This document shows positions 36,941-47,680 of a stretch of 55,707 nt of DNA, in pieces. Origin of the DNA: Fibrobacteria bacterium. Its GTDB lineage: Bacteria; Fibrobacterota; Chitinivibrionia; Chitinivibrionales; FEN-1185. The DNA is taken from assembly GCA_037447435.1 (NCBI GenBank), contig JBBIGR010000013.1, forward strand, positions 47,162 to 102,868, written 5' to 3'. How positions within the stretch are numbered: the first letter of the stretch is position 1; every line of letters begins with the position of its first letter. Both the position numbers and the translations under genes were made by a program. The notes under the pieces are model-generated. The model was not told where the DNA came from. It saw only the letters and a list, made by a program, of their open reading frames with translations, and ran no database searches.

Positions 36941-37890
36941 ACCGGACGAAATGTGATTGCTGCGTGATAATACCGTTTTGCCGGGTGGATGATGTTTTAC
37001 GGCAATGCGTGGGGATTCTCGTTGCCACTTCCTGCGATGTCCGTATTTGCCTGGTAGTTGACGGGCCGGAATGTCCCGATGCCGATATCGCGCCGTTTAC
37101 GGGCAATGGGCGCGTAGTCGTATTGCGGCAAAAGCAACGGCAGGGGCCGGGCGCAGCAAGAAATCTCGGCATTCGTTATTGCCGAGAAAACGGCATCAAC
37201 CATATCATCCTTCTCGACAGCGACTGTGTTGCGGAGCCGGGGTTTATCGAAGCACATATGGATTTGCATGAAAAATATCCGCATGTCGCTTGCATCGGTT
37301 GCGGCATTTTAGGCAAAGGAAAAGGACTGTGGGCATCCATAGACCGCGTTGCTTCTTGGTTCACGTCCATTCCCGCATTACCCGCACGCGCGGTGGGCGC
37401 CTTGTATCATATTCCGACGACCAATATGAGCCTTAAACTCGACGCATTGCCAATGGATGGTGATTTGTTCGACGAGCGACTGAGGACCGGCGAGGATATT
37501 CTGTTTTTAAGGGCGCTTAAAAAAAGCGGTACGGCAATGCGCTTCGAACCGGAACCCGTGGTGACGCATTTTGACAGGGAATCATTTGGAGCAATGCTGA
37601 TACATCAGTTTCGTTGGGCCTTGCATACATATTCGGTGCGCGCCGAAACTCCGGCTAAACCGGCGACGCGATTTTTACTTTCTCTCTTGCAAATCCCCCT
37701 TGTCCCGTTTTCGTCGCTGGCGATGACAGCCCTTACCGTTTGGCCGTGGATAAGAGTGTCGCCCCGATATTTCGCCTTTGCGCCCGTGTTGTGGTTGCTC
37801 TATATTGTCAAAGCGTTCGGTGTCGCGGCCGGGACATTGGTCCCCGCATTGGCGATGCGCAAACCGATACCGACGAAAAGAGGACCATGA
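36937..37890 (+). CDS. Glycosyltransferase family 2
   Basis: VIIP, VVDG, GPGAARNLG, LDSDC and GEDI motifs; C-terminal TMs; ATGA overlap. Confidence 0.9.
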   Translation: MNRTKCDCCVIIPFCRVDDVLRQCVGILVATSCDVRICLVVDGPECPDADIAPFTGNGRVVVLRQKQRQGPGAARNLGIRYCRENGINHIILLDSDCVAEPGFIEAHMDLHEKYPHVACIGCGILGKGKGLWASIDRVASWFTSIPALPARAVGALYHIPTTNMSLKLDALPMDGDLFDERLRTGEDILFLRALKKSGTAMRFEPEPVVTHFDRESFGAMLIHQFRWALHTYSVRAETPAKPATRFLLSLLQIPLVPFSSLAMTALTVWPWIRVSPRYFAFAPVLWLLYIVKAFGVAAGTLVPALAMRKPIPTKRGP

Positions 37891-39704
37891 AGGCGCATAT
37901 TTCTAAAAATCAATCTTTTGTCGGATTGTTTTTCATTTTCTGCGTCGCCTACGTGTTTACCCCCTATTGGACCTTGGGCGCGAATCCGATTCGGCAGGCG
38001 ATATATCTTTCGACAACGGTCGGATCGGGAATCGCCTGGGCGTATTGGTTTTCCAAAGAGCAGTCGTTTTCGTTTGATCTTAAAAAAAACCTTTGGATTT
38101 TTTGCGCGTGTGCTGCAATGATGATCGCGGTCAACATCCCCGGACTCGCTGCGGAAATTCCGTGGCGCGGAGACGAGGATTTTCATATCGGCGTGACCGG
38201 AAGCCTGGTCGTGCTCGCGCGACGCCATGGGCTTGTTTTTTTTATGCCGTTTCTGCTTTTTCCCGTCTCTTTTTTTGTCATGCGAAAAGGATCTTTGAAA
38301 GTCGCCCTGTTTTTTATTGCGTTGCTTGCGGCAGTATGCGCCTATTGCGGCTATGCGTTGCCGTTTGCCATATCGGGGGCGGTGCGCTATCCGCTTATTC
38401 TACGCTATGTATGCGGTGCGATCGTGTTTCCGGTTTCTCTTTTTGTCCGAACGACGCCTGAGGTTTTTTATAGGGCGGTTCCGTTTCTGTCGGCATTGCT
38501 ACTGGTGTTTTATTGTACAAAACGATGGTGCTTGCGTATGCCGATTTCGGTTTGTATCGTTGCTTTGTGTTTGGCGACGATTCCGCTGATGCTTTTTTAC
38601 AGTTCGCTTTTGTATCTCGAACTTCCCGCGGTTTTGCTTTTGTCGGTCGCATTTTTCAATGCGGACCGGCTTTTGACCGGGCCTATTGACAAAATAAAAG
38701 CAGATCCGGCTTGGATTGCATTGACTCTTGCGGGCATGATAAAAGAAACGGCCATCACGGTCGTAGTCGCATTTTTGTTCGTACGCCTTATACTTTCGGC
38801 TATTTCCGTTTTCCGACGTACGATGGCATTAAAACGGTATGTCCTGGAATTGCTGCACGCCATTTTTGTTGTGCTGCCGCTCGGCATTTATTTGTGGTAC
38901 CGTAGTATTGCGCACGTTTGGCGCGTACTTGCGCCGGAGCCGAACCATTTTTTTGACCCGGAAATGTATGCGATATTTGCAAGAGCACTTATGCAACAGT
39001 TCGACGTTTGTTTATATATCGCAATAACCGGCCTCATCGTTTTGATTGTCCGCAAAAGGTTTGTTACCGTATCGGTATGCCTTTGCTCCCTGGCGCTTGA
39101 GCTCGGGTTTCATATGCTCGACGAAAAACAATATGTCGGATTTAGCAGGTGGAACCTCATGCTCATCCCGGCCCTGCTCGTCTGCCTGGAAACGATAGTG
39201 CGGCCGATATTTGAGCGCCGAAGGACTGCGGGAAGTGCGGCCTTGCTGTGTGCGGCAGCGATCAATGTGATGCATTCCCCGTTGCATTTGGAAGGCAGTA
39301 GGAAATCGTATTGGGGGAATTATCTCTGCGATATGGGCGAACACAGTTATCCGTATCGCGCGGCGCTTTTGTGGATGACCGATCGCGGTATGGCAGAGCG
39401 TGCGATTTACTGGACCGGACTTGATTTCGGATATTTTACGCAGTATTACGCGAGTTTTCCGAAAATGCAATATGCATTTGTAAAACATCCGACATCGGTT
39501 TTTGAAGAAACCGGCATCATGGCCATGCAATTCTCAATTGCACGGGCGAAGCATTTCGACTCGGTTTTGTATCACCCTATTGCAAAGGGGCTCGAACCGC
39601 CCAAGCAGGTATGCGGTTATACGCTTCTCAAGGTATTTTCAAATAAAGAACACCGGCTGTTCGTGTACGATACCGTGAACCCGACGACAAGGAGCACTCC
39701 CTAA
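37887..39704 (+). CDS. Polytopic membrane protein, GT-C (PMT/ArnT-like) glycosyltransferase
   Basis: WRGDEDFH loop after the first TMs; YLELP and IKET motifs; periplasmic C-terminus; ATGA overlap. Confidence 0.65.
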   Translation: MKAHISKNQSFVGLFFIFCVAYVFTPYWTLGANPIRQAIYLSTTVGSGIAWAYWFSKEQSFSFDLKKNLWIFCACAAMMIAVNIPGLAAEIPWRGDEDFHIGVTGSLVVLARRHGLVFFMPFLLFPVSFFVMRKGSLKVALFFIALLAAVCAYCGYALPFAISGAVRYPLILRYVCGAIVFPVSLFVRTTPEVFYRAVPFLSALLLVFYCTKRWCLRMPISVCIVALCLATIPLMLFYSSLLYLELPAVLLLSVAFFNADRLLTGPIDKIKADPAWIALTLAGMIKETAITVVVAFLFVRLILSAISVFRRTMALKRYVLELLHAIFVVLPLGIYLWYRSIAHVWRVLAPEPNHFFDPEMYAIFARALMQQFDVCLYIAITGLIVLIVRKRFVTVSVCLCSLALELGFHMLDEKQYVGFSRWNLMLIPALLVCLETIVRPIFERRRTAGSAALLCAAAINVMHSPLHLEGSRKSYWGNYLCDMGEHSYPYRAALLWMTDRGMAERAIYWTGLDFGYFTQYYASFPKMQYAFVKHPTSVFEETGIMAMQFSIARAKHFDSVLYHPIAKGLEPPKQVCGYTLLKVFSNKEHRLFVYDTVNPTTRSTP

Positions 39705-39705
39705 C

Positions 39706-41190
39706 ATGGCCAAACCGACGGTTTCGGAACAGTACCGGTCTTTGTACGGGCCCTATTGTGCGGCGCGGCGCAGGCATTGGGACTTTGTGGCTGAAAAAAT
39801 GGATCATTGGAACGGCCTGGGCGGGTATTATCATATGCGTCTTGCAAAAGTATATCGCCATTTGATCGAGCCGGGTCTTCGCGTGTTGGAAATCGGCTGC
39901 GGCCGCGGGGATTTGCTCGACGCGGTCAGGCCGTCGTTCGGCATTGGAATTGATTTTTCGGAAAAAATGATAGCGCGGGCCCGGAAACGGCATCCGCGAT
40001 TGCATTTTGCGGTGGCCGACGCGCTGCATATGGCGACCAACGAAACCTTTGACGCGGTGATCGTATCGGATCTTGTCAATGATTTATGGGACATTATCGG
40101 CGTTTTGGAAGAGATACGGCCGCTGTTGCATCGATCGTCGCGCGTGATACTCAACAGTTACAGCAGGGTTTGGGAATTGCCGCTTTCCTTTGCCAAGCGC
40201 ATCGGGAAAAGCAAGCCGCTTTTACAGCAGAACTGGGTGACCCCGCAGGACCTTGGCGGTATGCTCGCCGTCTCGGGATACGATCCGTTTTTACGGTGGC
40301 TCGAAATGCTTTGTCCGCTTCCGCTGCCGCCGCTTTCTTATTTAGCAAACACGATTGCGGTGAAACTGTGGCCGTTTTGCAATTTAGGGCTTACCAATTT
40401 TCTGGTTGCCCGCCCGTTGGCGCGATCATCGGCAGCCGCTATTGAACCGTTGGACGCTACACCTCGTTTGCCGTCGGTATCGATTATCGTGCCGGCACGA
40501 AACGAATCGGGAAATATTTGTACTTTGTTCAAGGCGCTTCCGTCGATGGATAAGGAGTTTGAAATTATATTCGTGGAAGGCAATTCCAGCGACGATACCT
40601 ATGATGCCATCGTGCGGCAATGCAATATCCACCCGCAGGTGAAGACGATAATTCTCAAGCAGCAAGGAAGAGGCAAGGCCGATGCCGTGCGTTTGGGATT
40701 CGACAACGCCCATGGCGATATCCTCATGATTCTCGATGCCGACCTCACGGTGCAGCCCCACGATTTGTCCCGGTTTTACGAGGTTTTGGTCAACGGCGAA
40801 GCCGATTTCGTCAACGGCGTGCGGCTCGTGTACCCCATGGAACGCAAGGCGATGCGATTTGTCAATTTGGCCGGAAACAAGCTTTTTTGCTGGCTCATGA
40901 GTTGGATCATCGGTCAGCACGTCAAAGACACGCTTTGCGGCACAAAGGTGTTCTGGAAACGTGATTGGCAAAAGATAAAAAACCTCAGATCCTCGTTTTT
41001 CGGGGAAATAGACCCGTTCGGCGATTTCGACCTGCTTTTGGGTGCGGCAAAATTGAATTTGAAAATCGTTGACATTCCGGTACGGTACGGTGAAAGAAAA
41101 TACGGAACAACCAATATTTCCCGATGGCGCGATGCCCTGCTACTTGCGAAAATCGTGCTGAGGGCCGTGCAAAGGCTCAAATTCATATGA
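39706..41190 (+). CDS. Class I methyltransferase / DPM1-like GT2 fusion
   Basis: VLEIGCGRG; then IVPARNESGNI, VEGNSSDDT, ILDADLTV, DTLCGTK and DPFGDFDLL. Confidence 0.92.
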   Translation: MAKPTVSEQYRSLYGPYCAARRRHWDFVAEKMDHWNGLGGYYHMRLAKVYRHLIEPGLRVLEIGCGRGDLLDAVRPSFGIGIDFSEKMIARARKRHPRLHFAVADALHMATNETFDAVIVSDLVNDLWDIIGVLEEIRPLLHRSSRVILNSYSRVWELPLSFAKRIGKSKPLLQQNWVTPQDLGGMLAVSGYDPFLRWLEMLCPLPLPPLSYLANTIAVKLWPFCNLGLTNFLVARPLARSSAAAIEPLDATPRLPSVSIIVPARNESGNICTLFKALPSMDKEFEIIFVEGNSSDDTYDAIVRQCNIHPQVKTIILKQQGRGKADAVRLGFDNAHGDILMILDADLTVQPHDLSRFYEVLVNGEADFVNGVRLVYPMERKAMRFVNLAGNKLFCWLMSWIIGQHVKDTLCGTKVFWKRDWQKIKNLRSSFFGEIDPFGDFDLLLGAAKLNLKIVDIPVRYGERKYGTTNISRWRDALLLAKIVLRAVQRLKFI

Positions 41191-42668
41191 TCACGGCGAC
41201 TCGACTCGAAATTCGCGTACGGCCCCGCGAATTGACCATTGCTGTTCTTGCCGCGCTTTTATGCGGGCTTTTTTATTCGCTGACCCTGCGGGACGGTCAT
41301 ACGTGGGGTGACGACTTTGCCCAGTACATCGTGCATGCCCGTAATATGGTGCAGGGCCGTCCGTACGCCATGTTCCCCTGGATTCGAACGTTAGATCTAA
41401 GTTATCCGCCGGGTTTTCCCCTGCTGCTGACCGTGCCTTTTAGTTTGCTGGGAGTCGATATTTCGGCAATGAAACTTTTGAACGTATGCCTCTTTACCGC
41501 CGCGCTTGTAGCATTGTTCTTGTTTGCCCGAAAAAACCTTCGTTTCCGGTATGCTTTGGCATTGCTGTTGATAATCGGGTTTAATCCGTTTTTTTGGGAG
41601 TTTAAGGACAATATATTGTCGGACATTCCTTTTTTACTTTTTGTCATGCTTTCGCTATTATCGTTGAACCTGATGGTCAGCCAGCCGAGTAATCGTCTAC
41701 AAATTGGTGACGTTGCAATCGCGTCGGCTTCCGTTCTTGCAGCGTTTTCGATGCGTAATGCAGGTATCGTATTATTGGCGGTGCCGATTCTCACCGATCT
41801 CGCTCATTTCAAGAAGGTTTCCAAAAATTCCATTGCTTTTACCGGAATCTGCGCTGCGGGAATTTATGCGATTACCCGGATTTTCATGCACGGACACGGG
41901 TATTTTGCGTTTACAGGAGATATCCTGTCGCAAAGCAGGTTGTGGCTCGACCATGCCCGAAACTATGTCAGCGATTGTTCTATGATCTGGGACAACACGA
42001 AAAGCCGCGTCGCATACTACGTATTGGCAACGCTGATGGGGTTGTTTACCCTGGTAGGGATGACAGGAAGGTTCCGGCAACAGAGGTTCGGGGTCGGCGA
42101 GGGTTTTGTGCTGTTATATGTACCGCTGATTATTTGCTGGCCTTTTTATCAAGGAATACGGTTTTGCATTCCGATCATTCCATTGCTGGTGATGTATATC
42201 CTGAGTGCTGTTTCCAAGATTGAAAACGGAATCGATAAGCGGGTACGCGGCGCATCATGGCGTCATATGCCCCTTGTCGCGTTGCTTATTATTATTGGGA
42301 CTACCTATGCACTGAAATATTCCAATAAAAGCCTCTGGCGCATATCGGACAATAGTTATTCGCAGGAAAGCCTGGAAATGGCGGACTGGATAAAAGTGAA
42401 CGTGCCCGAAAACGGTCGTATTGCGTTTCGCAAGCCTCGGGCATTGGCTTTGCTTACAGGAAAATTGACCACGCTGTACAATTTGCAGCCGGGCGACAAC
42501 GCGCAACTGGAATTTTTACGCAGTGCTCACGTCTCTTTCGTTGCATACGGCACGGTATTTGAAGATGATGAAACGATTCTAAAGCCCTGCATCGCCGCAC
42601 ATCCGGAACTCTTTACCAAGGTTTTCGGTAACAGGGATTTTACCGTCGTGCGCATGGAAAACCGGTGA
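41187..42668 (+). CDS. GT-C (ArnT/PMT family) membrane glycosyltransferase
   Basis: WGDDFAQY..HARN, YPPGFPLLL and LSDIPF motifs; many TMs; ATGA overlap. Confidence 0.8.
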   Translation: MITATRLEIRVRPRELTIAVLAALLCGLFYSLTLRDGHTWGDDFAQYIVHARNMVQGRPYAMFPWIRTLDLSYPPGFPLLLTVPFSLLGVDISAMKLLNVCLFTAALVALFLFARKNLRFRYALALLLIIGFNPFFWEFKDNILSDIPFLLFVMLSLLSLNLMVSQPSNRLQIGDVAIASASVLAAFSMRNAGIVLLAVPILTDLAHFKKVSKNSIAFTGICAAGIYAITRIFMHGHGYFAFTGDILSQSRLWLDHARNYVSDCSMIWDNTKSRVAYYVLATLMGLFTLVGMTGRFRQQRFGVGEGFVLLYVPLIICWPFYQGIRFCIPIIPLLVMYILSAVSKIENGIDKRVRGASWRHMPLVALLIIIGTTYALKYSNKSLWRISDNSYSQESLEMADWIKVNVPENGRIAFRKPRALALLTGKLTTLYNLQPGDNAQLEFLRSAHVSFVAYGTVFEDDETILKPCIAAHPELFTKVFGNRDFTVVRMENR

Positions 42669-44101
42669 ATTCGATGGATGCAATTTTTATTAATCCGCTT
42701 CCGAGCGGAACCGGAATAAACCGGGCAACCATGGAAATGCCTCTGGGAATTGCATATTTGGCTGCGATGCTGGAGAAAAACGGTTTCAGTGCGTCGATAA
42801 TCGATGCCTATTGCCTTGGTCTTGACGCCTTACATATAGTTCGTATCATTCCGCAAGATGTCCTCCTGATCGGCATCTATGCGAATTCTTTCACCTATAA
42901 TGCGGTGTCCGAATTGTGCCGGCTATGCAGATTTCAATTTCCTGCGGCAGCGGTTGTTGTCGGCGGACCGCTTGCCAGTGCAGACCCCGAACTTGTCGTC
43001 AAGGAAATTCCCTGTCACGGCGTAATATGCGGGGAAGGGGAATTTAGCATTGTCAAAATGCTTACCCGTTTGAAATCCGGATTGCCGGCATTCGGCGAAG
43101 ATGTTGGGGGAGCCGTGTATCAAAACGACCAAGACGGAACAATACGGAAAAACCCCGTACGGAGAATAGATAATCTCGATGAAATTCCGTTTCCGGCATA
43201 TCATTTGATGCCCGATCTAAAACAGTATAAATCCCGTGCGCGCAAGACGCCCGTTGGCGCCATTATAACAAGTCGCGGTTGCGCGCATGAATGCGTTTTT
43301 TGCAGTAAAGACATTTTCGCACGAACCGTTACTTTCAGAAGCCCGCAAAACGTATTGGCGGAAATTGACTTTTTAGTATCGGAATACGGAATCCGCCAGC
43401 TTGATATTCTTGATGACAATTTTGCAATGAAGCGGTCCCATATGGAGCCGATACTCGACGGGATCATCGCGCGCGATTATGACCTCGCGGTGAATTTGCA
43501 ATTAGGAATACGATCGGAGAATGTTGACGAAGCGCTTCTGAAAAAAATGAAAGCCGCGGGGATTTTCAAGCTTGCCTTCGGCGTCGAATCGGCCGATCCG
43601 GACGTTCTTGCCGCATGCCGGAAAAAACTCGATCTTGCAAGTATCGAAAAAGCGACGGCTCTGGCAAAGTCGCTCGGGTTCGTCGTATACGGTTTTTTCA
43701 TTATCGGCCTGCCTAATGAAACAGAAGAATCCTTTTTAAGGACAATTGAATTTGCAAAGCGATGCGATTTCGACATTGCGAACTTCACCATGGCTTTACC
43801 GTTTGTCGGCGCCGAACTGTATCGCATGGTCGAACGCAACGGACATTTCCTTGTCGATACAAAACGCAATATAGACCATGGGTTTTACGGCGGCAGGCCA
43901 TTTTTTACCTATGGTACGGCAACGGAGAATGACTATTATAGCCGGTATAAGCGAGCCTATTCCCTGTTTTACACATGGGAAAAAAAGCTGAGAATGATTT
44001 TGGGCATACGATCGGCCCGGGAGCTCGCGTGGTATGCAAACGCGGCCCTTGATGTCGGAAAGGGCTTTTTGAAACAAACGGTGAAAACGCGACGTCCGTA
44101 A
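42665..44101 (+). CDS. Cobalamin-binding radical SAM protein
   Basis: PLGIAYLAA, VVGGP, GEGE, TSRGCAHECVFC, DDNF and GVES motifs; GTGA overlap. Confidence 0.93.
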   Translation: MNSMDAIFINPLPSGTGINRATMEMPLGIAYLAAMLEKNGFSASIIDAYCLGLDALHIVRIIPQDVLLIGIYANSFTYNAVSELCRLCRFQFPAAAVVVGGPLASADPELVVKEIPCHGVICGEGEFSIVKMLTRLKSGLPAFGEDVGGAVYQNDQDGTIRKNPVRRIDNLDEIPFPAYHLMPDLKQYKSRARKTPVGAIITSRGCAHECVFCSKDIFARTVTFRSPQNVLAEIDFLVSEYGIRQLDILDDNFAMKRSHMEPILDGIIARDYDLAVNLQLGIRSENVDEALLKKMKAAGIFKLAFGVESADPDVLAACRKKLDLASIEKATALAKSLGFVVYGFFIIGLPNETEESFLRTIEFAKRCDFDIANFTMALPFVGAELYRMVERNGHFLVDTKRNIDHGFYGGRPFFTYGTATENDYYSRYKRAYSLFYTWEKKLRMILGIRSARELAWYANAALDVGKGFLKQTVKTRRP

Positions 44102-44148
44102 CTGCACGTAAAACCGAACCGACAATGCAGCAGCGGTGAAGAACGGGG

Positions 44149-45669
44149 CTAGCGTTGACGTACCGGAGTAGCCCCGGTCACGGGCATGGCAACGTTTTGC
44201 CCGGAAAGCGACTTGACCGTCCGCACAAGGGCGTTTTGCGAAACTGAAAAACGAGATTTTGAAAATTCCGGCACGTTATAGCTTTTGATATACGACCCGT
44301 AAAAATCCGGGTCTTGCTGCGGCATGATAAACGGTTTCGACGATCGGCCTTCGCGATCTATCTTGCAAAAATAAATCCGCGCCATGATGCCGTTGTCCCG
44401 TTTGCTGGAAAACGCTATCCACGATCCGTTCGACGACCAGCTGTGCCACGACTCGGCTTCGCCGCTGTTTGCGGTAAGCGATTCAACGCTTCGCGTTTCG
44501 AGATTCATTATGTACAAGTCGCTTGATTTCTGTAGATACGGCGAGGGGCCGTACTCGTGCATGCAGAACAATAAAAACTTTCCGTTTGGCGAAATGCGGG
44601 GCTCGGTCATGCTTTTTTTAACCGTATTTGCAGACAAAACCGTGTCCAAAGGTCCCCAGGTATTTGTCGTTTGGTCGTAAGGAATTCTCATAAGGCTATA
44701 TTGCAGCTTTTCGAGGTTTTTTGGCGGGAATGTCGTGTAATCGTCCCAGAGTACCGGCGCACTGCAGAAATACAGATATTTTCCGTTTGGCGAGAAACAC
44801 GGCCAGGTTTCCAGCGCTTTTTCCTGATATATTTGAGGCACGGTGACGATTGTCCCCTTTTCCGCATCGTAAACGACGAGTCCGGAAGTAAGGTCGAATG
44901 CATCGCGCAAATCGCTTTGCACGGACCGAAAACATTGCATGACCTTATTCACGGAACACACCGCGATTTTTCCGCTCGGATGCCACGACGTATAGCCCAG
45001 TTTGGTTTTGATTTTTGTTAATTTGCCGTGATTGACCACAATCGCACAATTGCCGAGATCCTGGGTGCGCACATGAATCATTGCAACGGACGGATCGTTG
45101 TTTTGCAGCGTATGGCAATTCACGCAGCCGGGAAACAGATTGAGCGCGTTGAGGACTTCGCTTTCCCTGTTTTTTGCAAGATCGCGTTGATAGATGCATA
45201 AATCGCGCGAAAAATTATACAATACGCCGACCGTGCGGAAAATGATATACGGATCGGTTTTTTCCAAGGCTATGGTGTCGGCCAGGGGCCTAAATTTTCT
45301 CCACGCGCCGTTTGGGGCGTGTGTGAAAACTTCTATGTGCAGTACTTTGCCCGCATTGGCGGACAACAGCGACGTCCATTGCTTAAGCGGAAAAATCGCT
45401 TTTTTGTTTTTGGTGTACAGAAGTATCGGCTTTTCCGATGCCGACGATACGCGGACAAAGGTTTCGGCCGATGCGTTTTGAATTGAAAAGTTCAGGGGTC
45501 CGATATTGGACGGTATTGTTATATTTGCGTAATCGGGGGAAATGACCGGGCGCGTCGTGTCGATGACGCACGTTTTTTCGACGCTGGAAAAGGAGGGGCG
45601 AAACATATTCGTGCAAGACGCAAGCGCCATACCGATCAACACCGGATATGCCAATGTGCGTAGAATCAT
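44149..45669 (-). CDS. PD40/TolB-like beta-propeller lipoprotein
   Basis: Lipobox LASC; PDY....P.NI.PLNF; CVNCH; WHPSG, FSPNGK and WSSNG repeats. Confidence 0.82.
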   Translation of the reverse strand: MILRTLAYPVLIGMALASCTNMFRPSFSSVEKTCVIDTTRPVISPDYANITIPSNIGPLNFSIQNASAETFVRVSSASEKPILLYTKNKKAIFPLKQWTSLLSANAGKVLHIEVFTHAPNGAWRKFRPLADTIALEKTDPYIIFRTVGVLYNFSRDLCIYQRDLAKNRESEVLNALNLFPGCVNCHTLQNNDPSVAMIHVRTQDLGNCAIVVNHGKLTKIKTKLGYTSWHPSGKIAVCSVNKVMQCFRSVQSDLRDAFDLTSGLVVYDAEKGTIVTVPQIYQEKALETWPCFSPNGKYLYFCSAPVLWDDYTTFPPKNLEKLQYSLMRIPYDQTTNTWGPLDTVLSANTVKKSMTEPRISPNGKFLLFCMHEYGPSPYLQKSSDLYIMNLETRSVESLTANSGEAESWHSWSSNGSWIAFSSKRDNGIMARIYFCKIDREGRSSKPFIMPQQDPDFYGSYIKSYNVPEFSKSRFSVSQNALVRTVKSLSGQNVAMPVTGATPVRQR

Positions 45670-47639
45670 GATTGCACCGGAGGAATTATACCGAATGTGT
45701 ACAGGTAATAGTAGCTGGTTCCGAATTCCGCCCGCATAGCCTTTTGGGGTTCGCCATAGTGCGAATATGCGTCGAGCGTATGTAAAAACCGGTCGCAATC
45801 GTCGAAAGCCGTTTTCGATAACGGCAGCCTCGGCAGTTTGACCATGCGTGCCGAATCGGGCGCCGTTTTTTGATAAATGACAAATGCCTGTTCGTACAGC
45901 GGCGGAATTTTCGCGTAGCCTAAATCGTCGAGCCGGTATAAATTTTGCGCCGCATTGCCGAGTTGCCGTGTAAGAAGATAATATGCCATGAGATATTCGA
46001 ATGCCATTTTGTTTTTTGGATTGCTTTTAAGCGTACTTTGCAGTAAATCGGCCGGTGATGCGTGATCGAGAACGAGGCTGTCTTTTTCGAGCGACGATTT
46101 TAACCGCCCGATTGTACCGGTGTCGGGAAACGATTCCCTCCTTTGCAAGGTGCGAAGCAATGATCCGGCCATCGTGCCGTATCCGGGCAAGTTCTTTACT
46201 TTATTTAAATACGTTTCGGCGCATGTTTCGTTTCCGCGGGAGATTTGAATTTGTGAACGTAACAGGCACAGTGACGGATGCGGCCCCATGTTTTCCATTG
46301 CTTCGCCGCACACTTTTTCGGCGAACAAAGAAAGCCCGAGATCGACGCCGACCTCCGCGCCAAGCACCCAGGCGGGAAAGTATACGGTAAAGGCCGATTC
46401 CTTGAGAATGAGGGGCTCCGGGTCGCATACCTGTGGAAAAGAAAGCATGTCGGATCCCAATAACCCGGTATGGAAAAGAGCTCGGTATAATGCGCTGCTT
46501 ATCATGAGCTGGGTATTGGAATGATGCTTGGGAAAACCGTCGAAAACAAAGGAGTTTCGGAGGCTAAGGACGTTTTCCCATTGTTCATATTTTACATAGT
46601 ATAACGTCTTGCCGAGCTCGCGCAGGGTTTTTGTCGGTATATCGGTAGTTGCAAATGAGAGCGTGAACACGGTAATGACTGTGGCCATGACAACGTTTGC
46701 TAATTCGGCAGCGAACGGAAGCCGTTGTGTCGACGCAACGCGCGCCGTTTTTTTTATCGGACGGAGAATAACGGACGAAAGGGCGTTTTGCACGGCCAAA
46801 ACGGGTATAAAAGCAAAAAGATAGGGAATAGGCTTGGCAAAATCAAATAGCCACTGCAAAGGATAGCTGCGGTCGAACGGAAAGTAAGCCGTTTTAAACA
46901 GCAGGATCGCACCTACGGTCGCAACTGAGGCGCCGGCGGTATATAAAACGGATTTTCTTTTTGAGAAGCCGTCGTTGATGATTGCAAGCGCACAGAAAAA
47001 AAAGCCCGGGGTGCTGAATAAATAATACGACACGCAGGAAAGGCCGAAAAGAACAATGCTCCGATAAAAATTGTTTCGAACGGTTACGTGTTGATAGACA
47101 CAGGCAAGCGCTGTTGTTCCGATAAGTGCGATAATAAAGGGAAAATATTGCGCATTGTACTGGAAAATTGCGGCAAGGAAAAAAAGACAGGGGATAAAGA
47201 ATGTGAAAAACGCCGACCGGATGTTCGCGCTTTTGCAGAAAGCGAATATAGCTGTGAAAAGGCAGCCTGAGGCAAACGTGAGAATCAGTGCACCAAGCCA
47301 GGGGACTCTGCATGAAAGGACAAACCAGGCGACCAAGGCCGTCGAGATTTGGCCCGGAACGAAGAATACCGATGCGGCATAGCCTTTTGTCAATTCTACG
47401 ATATACGAATACCGGAAAACGCCGTTGAATACCGTGAATAACCCGGGCAGAACATGGTACAGGATAAAAAAGAAAAATAGCGCAAAGAACAAGGATATCT
47501 GCAGGGGACGGTTACATCGTCGGAAAAGAACAATGGTGCGCGCTGCCTGCCTGGGCTGGACATTTGTATGGGATGATACTTCCGCCGGAGATTTCTTTTT
47601 TCCAGGCAGAAAGGCGCGGGTGTCAGGCTTTTTTTTCAT
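45666..47639 (-). CDS. DUF6057-like membrane protein
   Basis: N-terminal TM bundle; C-terminal NPKNKMAFEYLMAYYLL and GTSYYYLY; coupled to the PD40 gene. Confidence 0.75.
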   Translation of the reverse strand: MKKKPDTRAFLPGKKKSPAEVSSHTNVQPRQAARTIVLFRRCNRPLQISLFFALFFFFILYHVLPGLFTVFNGVFRYSYIVELTKGYAASVFFVPGQISTALVAWFVLSCRVPWLGALILTFASGCLFTAIFAFCKSANIRSAFFTFFIPCLFFLAAIFQYNAQYFPFIIALIGTTALACVYQHVTVRNNFYRSIVLFGLSCVSYYLFSTPGFFFCALAIINDGFSKRKSVLYTAGASVATVGAILLFKTAYFPFDRSYPLQWLFDFAKPIPYLFAFIPVLAVQNALSSVILRPIKKTARVASTQRLPFAAELANVVMATVITVFTLSFATTDIPTKTLRELGKTLYYVKYEQWENVLSLRNSFVFDGFPKHHSNTQLMISSALYRALFHTGLLGSDMLSFPQVCDPEPLILKESAFTVYFPAWVLGAEVGVDLGLSLFAEKVCGEAMENMGPHPSLCLLRSQIQISRGNETCAETYLNKVKNLPGYGTMAGSLLRTLQRRESFPDTGTIGRLKSSLEKDSLVLDHASPADLLQSTLKSNPKNKMAFEYLMAYYLLTRQLGNAAQNLYRLDDLGYAKIPPLYEQAFVIYQKTAPDSARMVKLPRLPLSKTAFDDCDRFLHTLDAYSHYGEPQKAMRAEFGTSYYYLYTFGIIPPVQS

Positions 47640-47680
47640 TGATTATAATATAACCCAAAACCCGATTGCCAACCTGCGTG

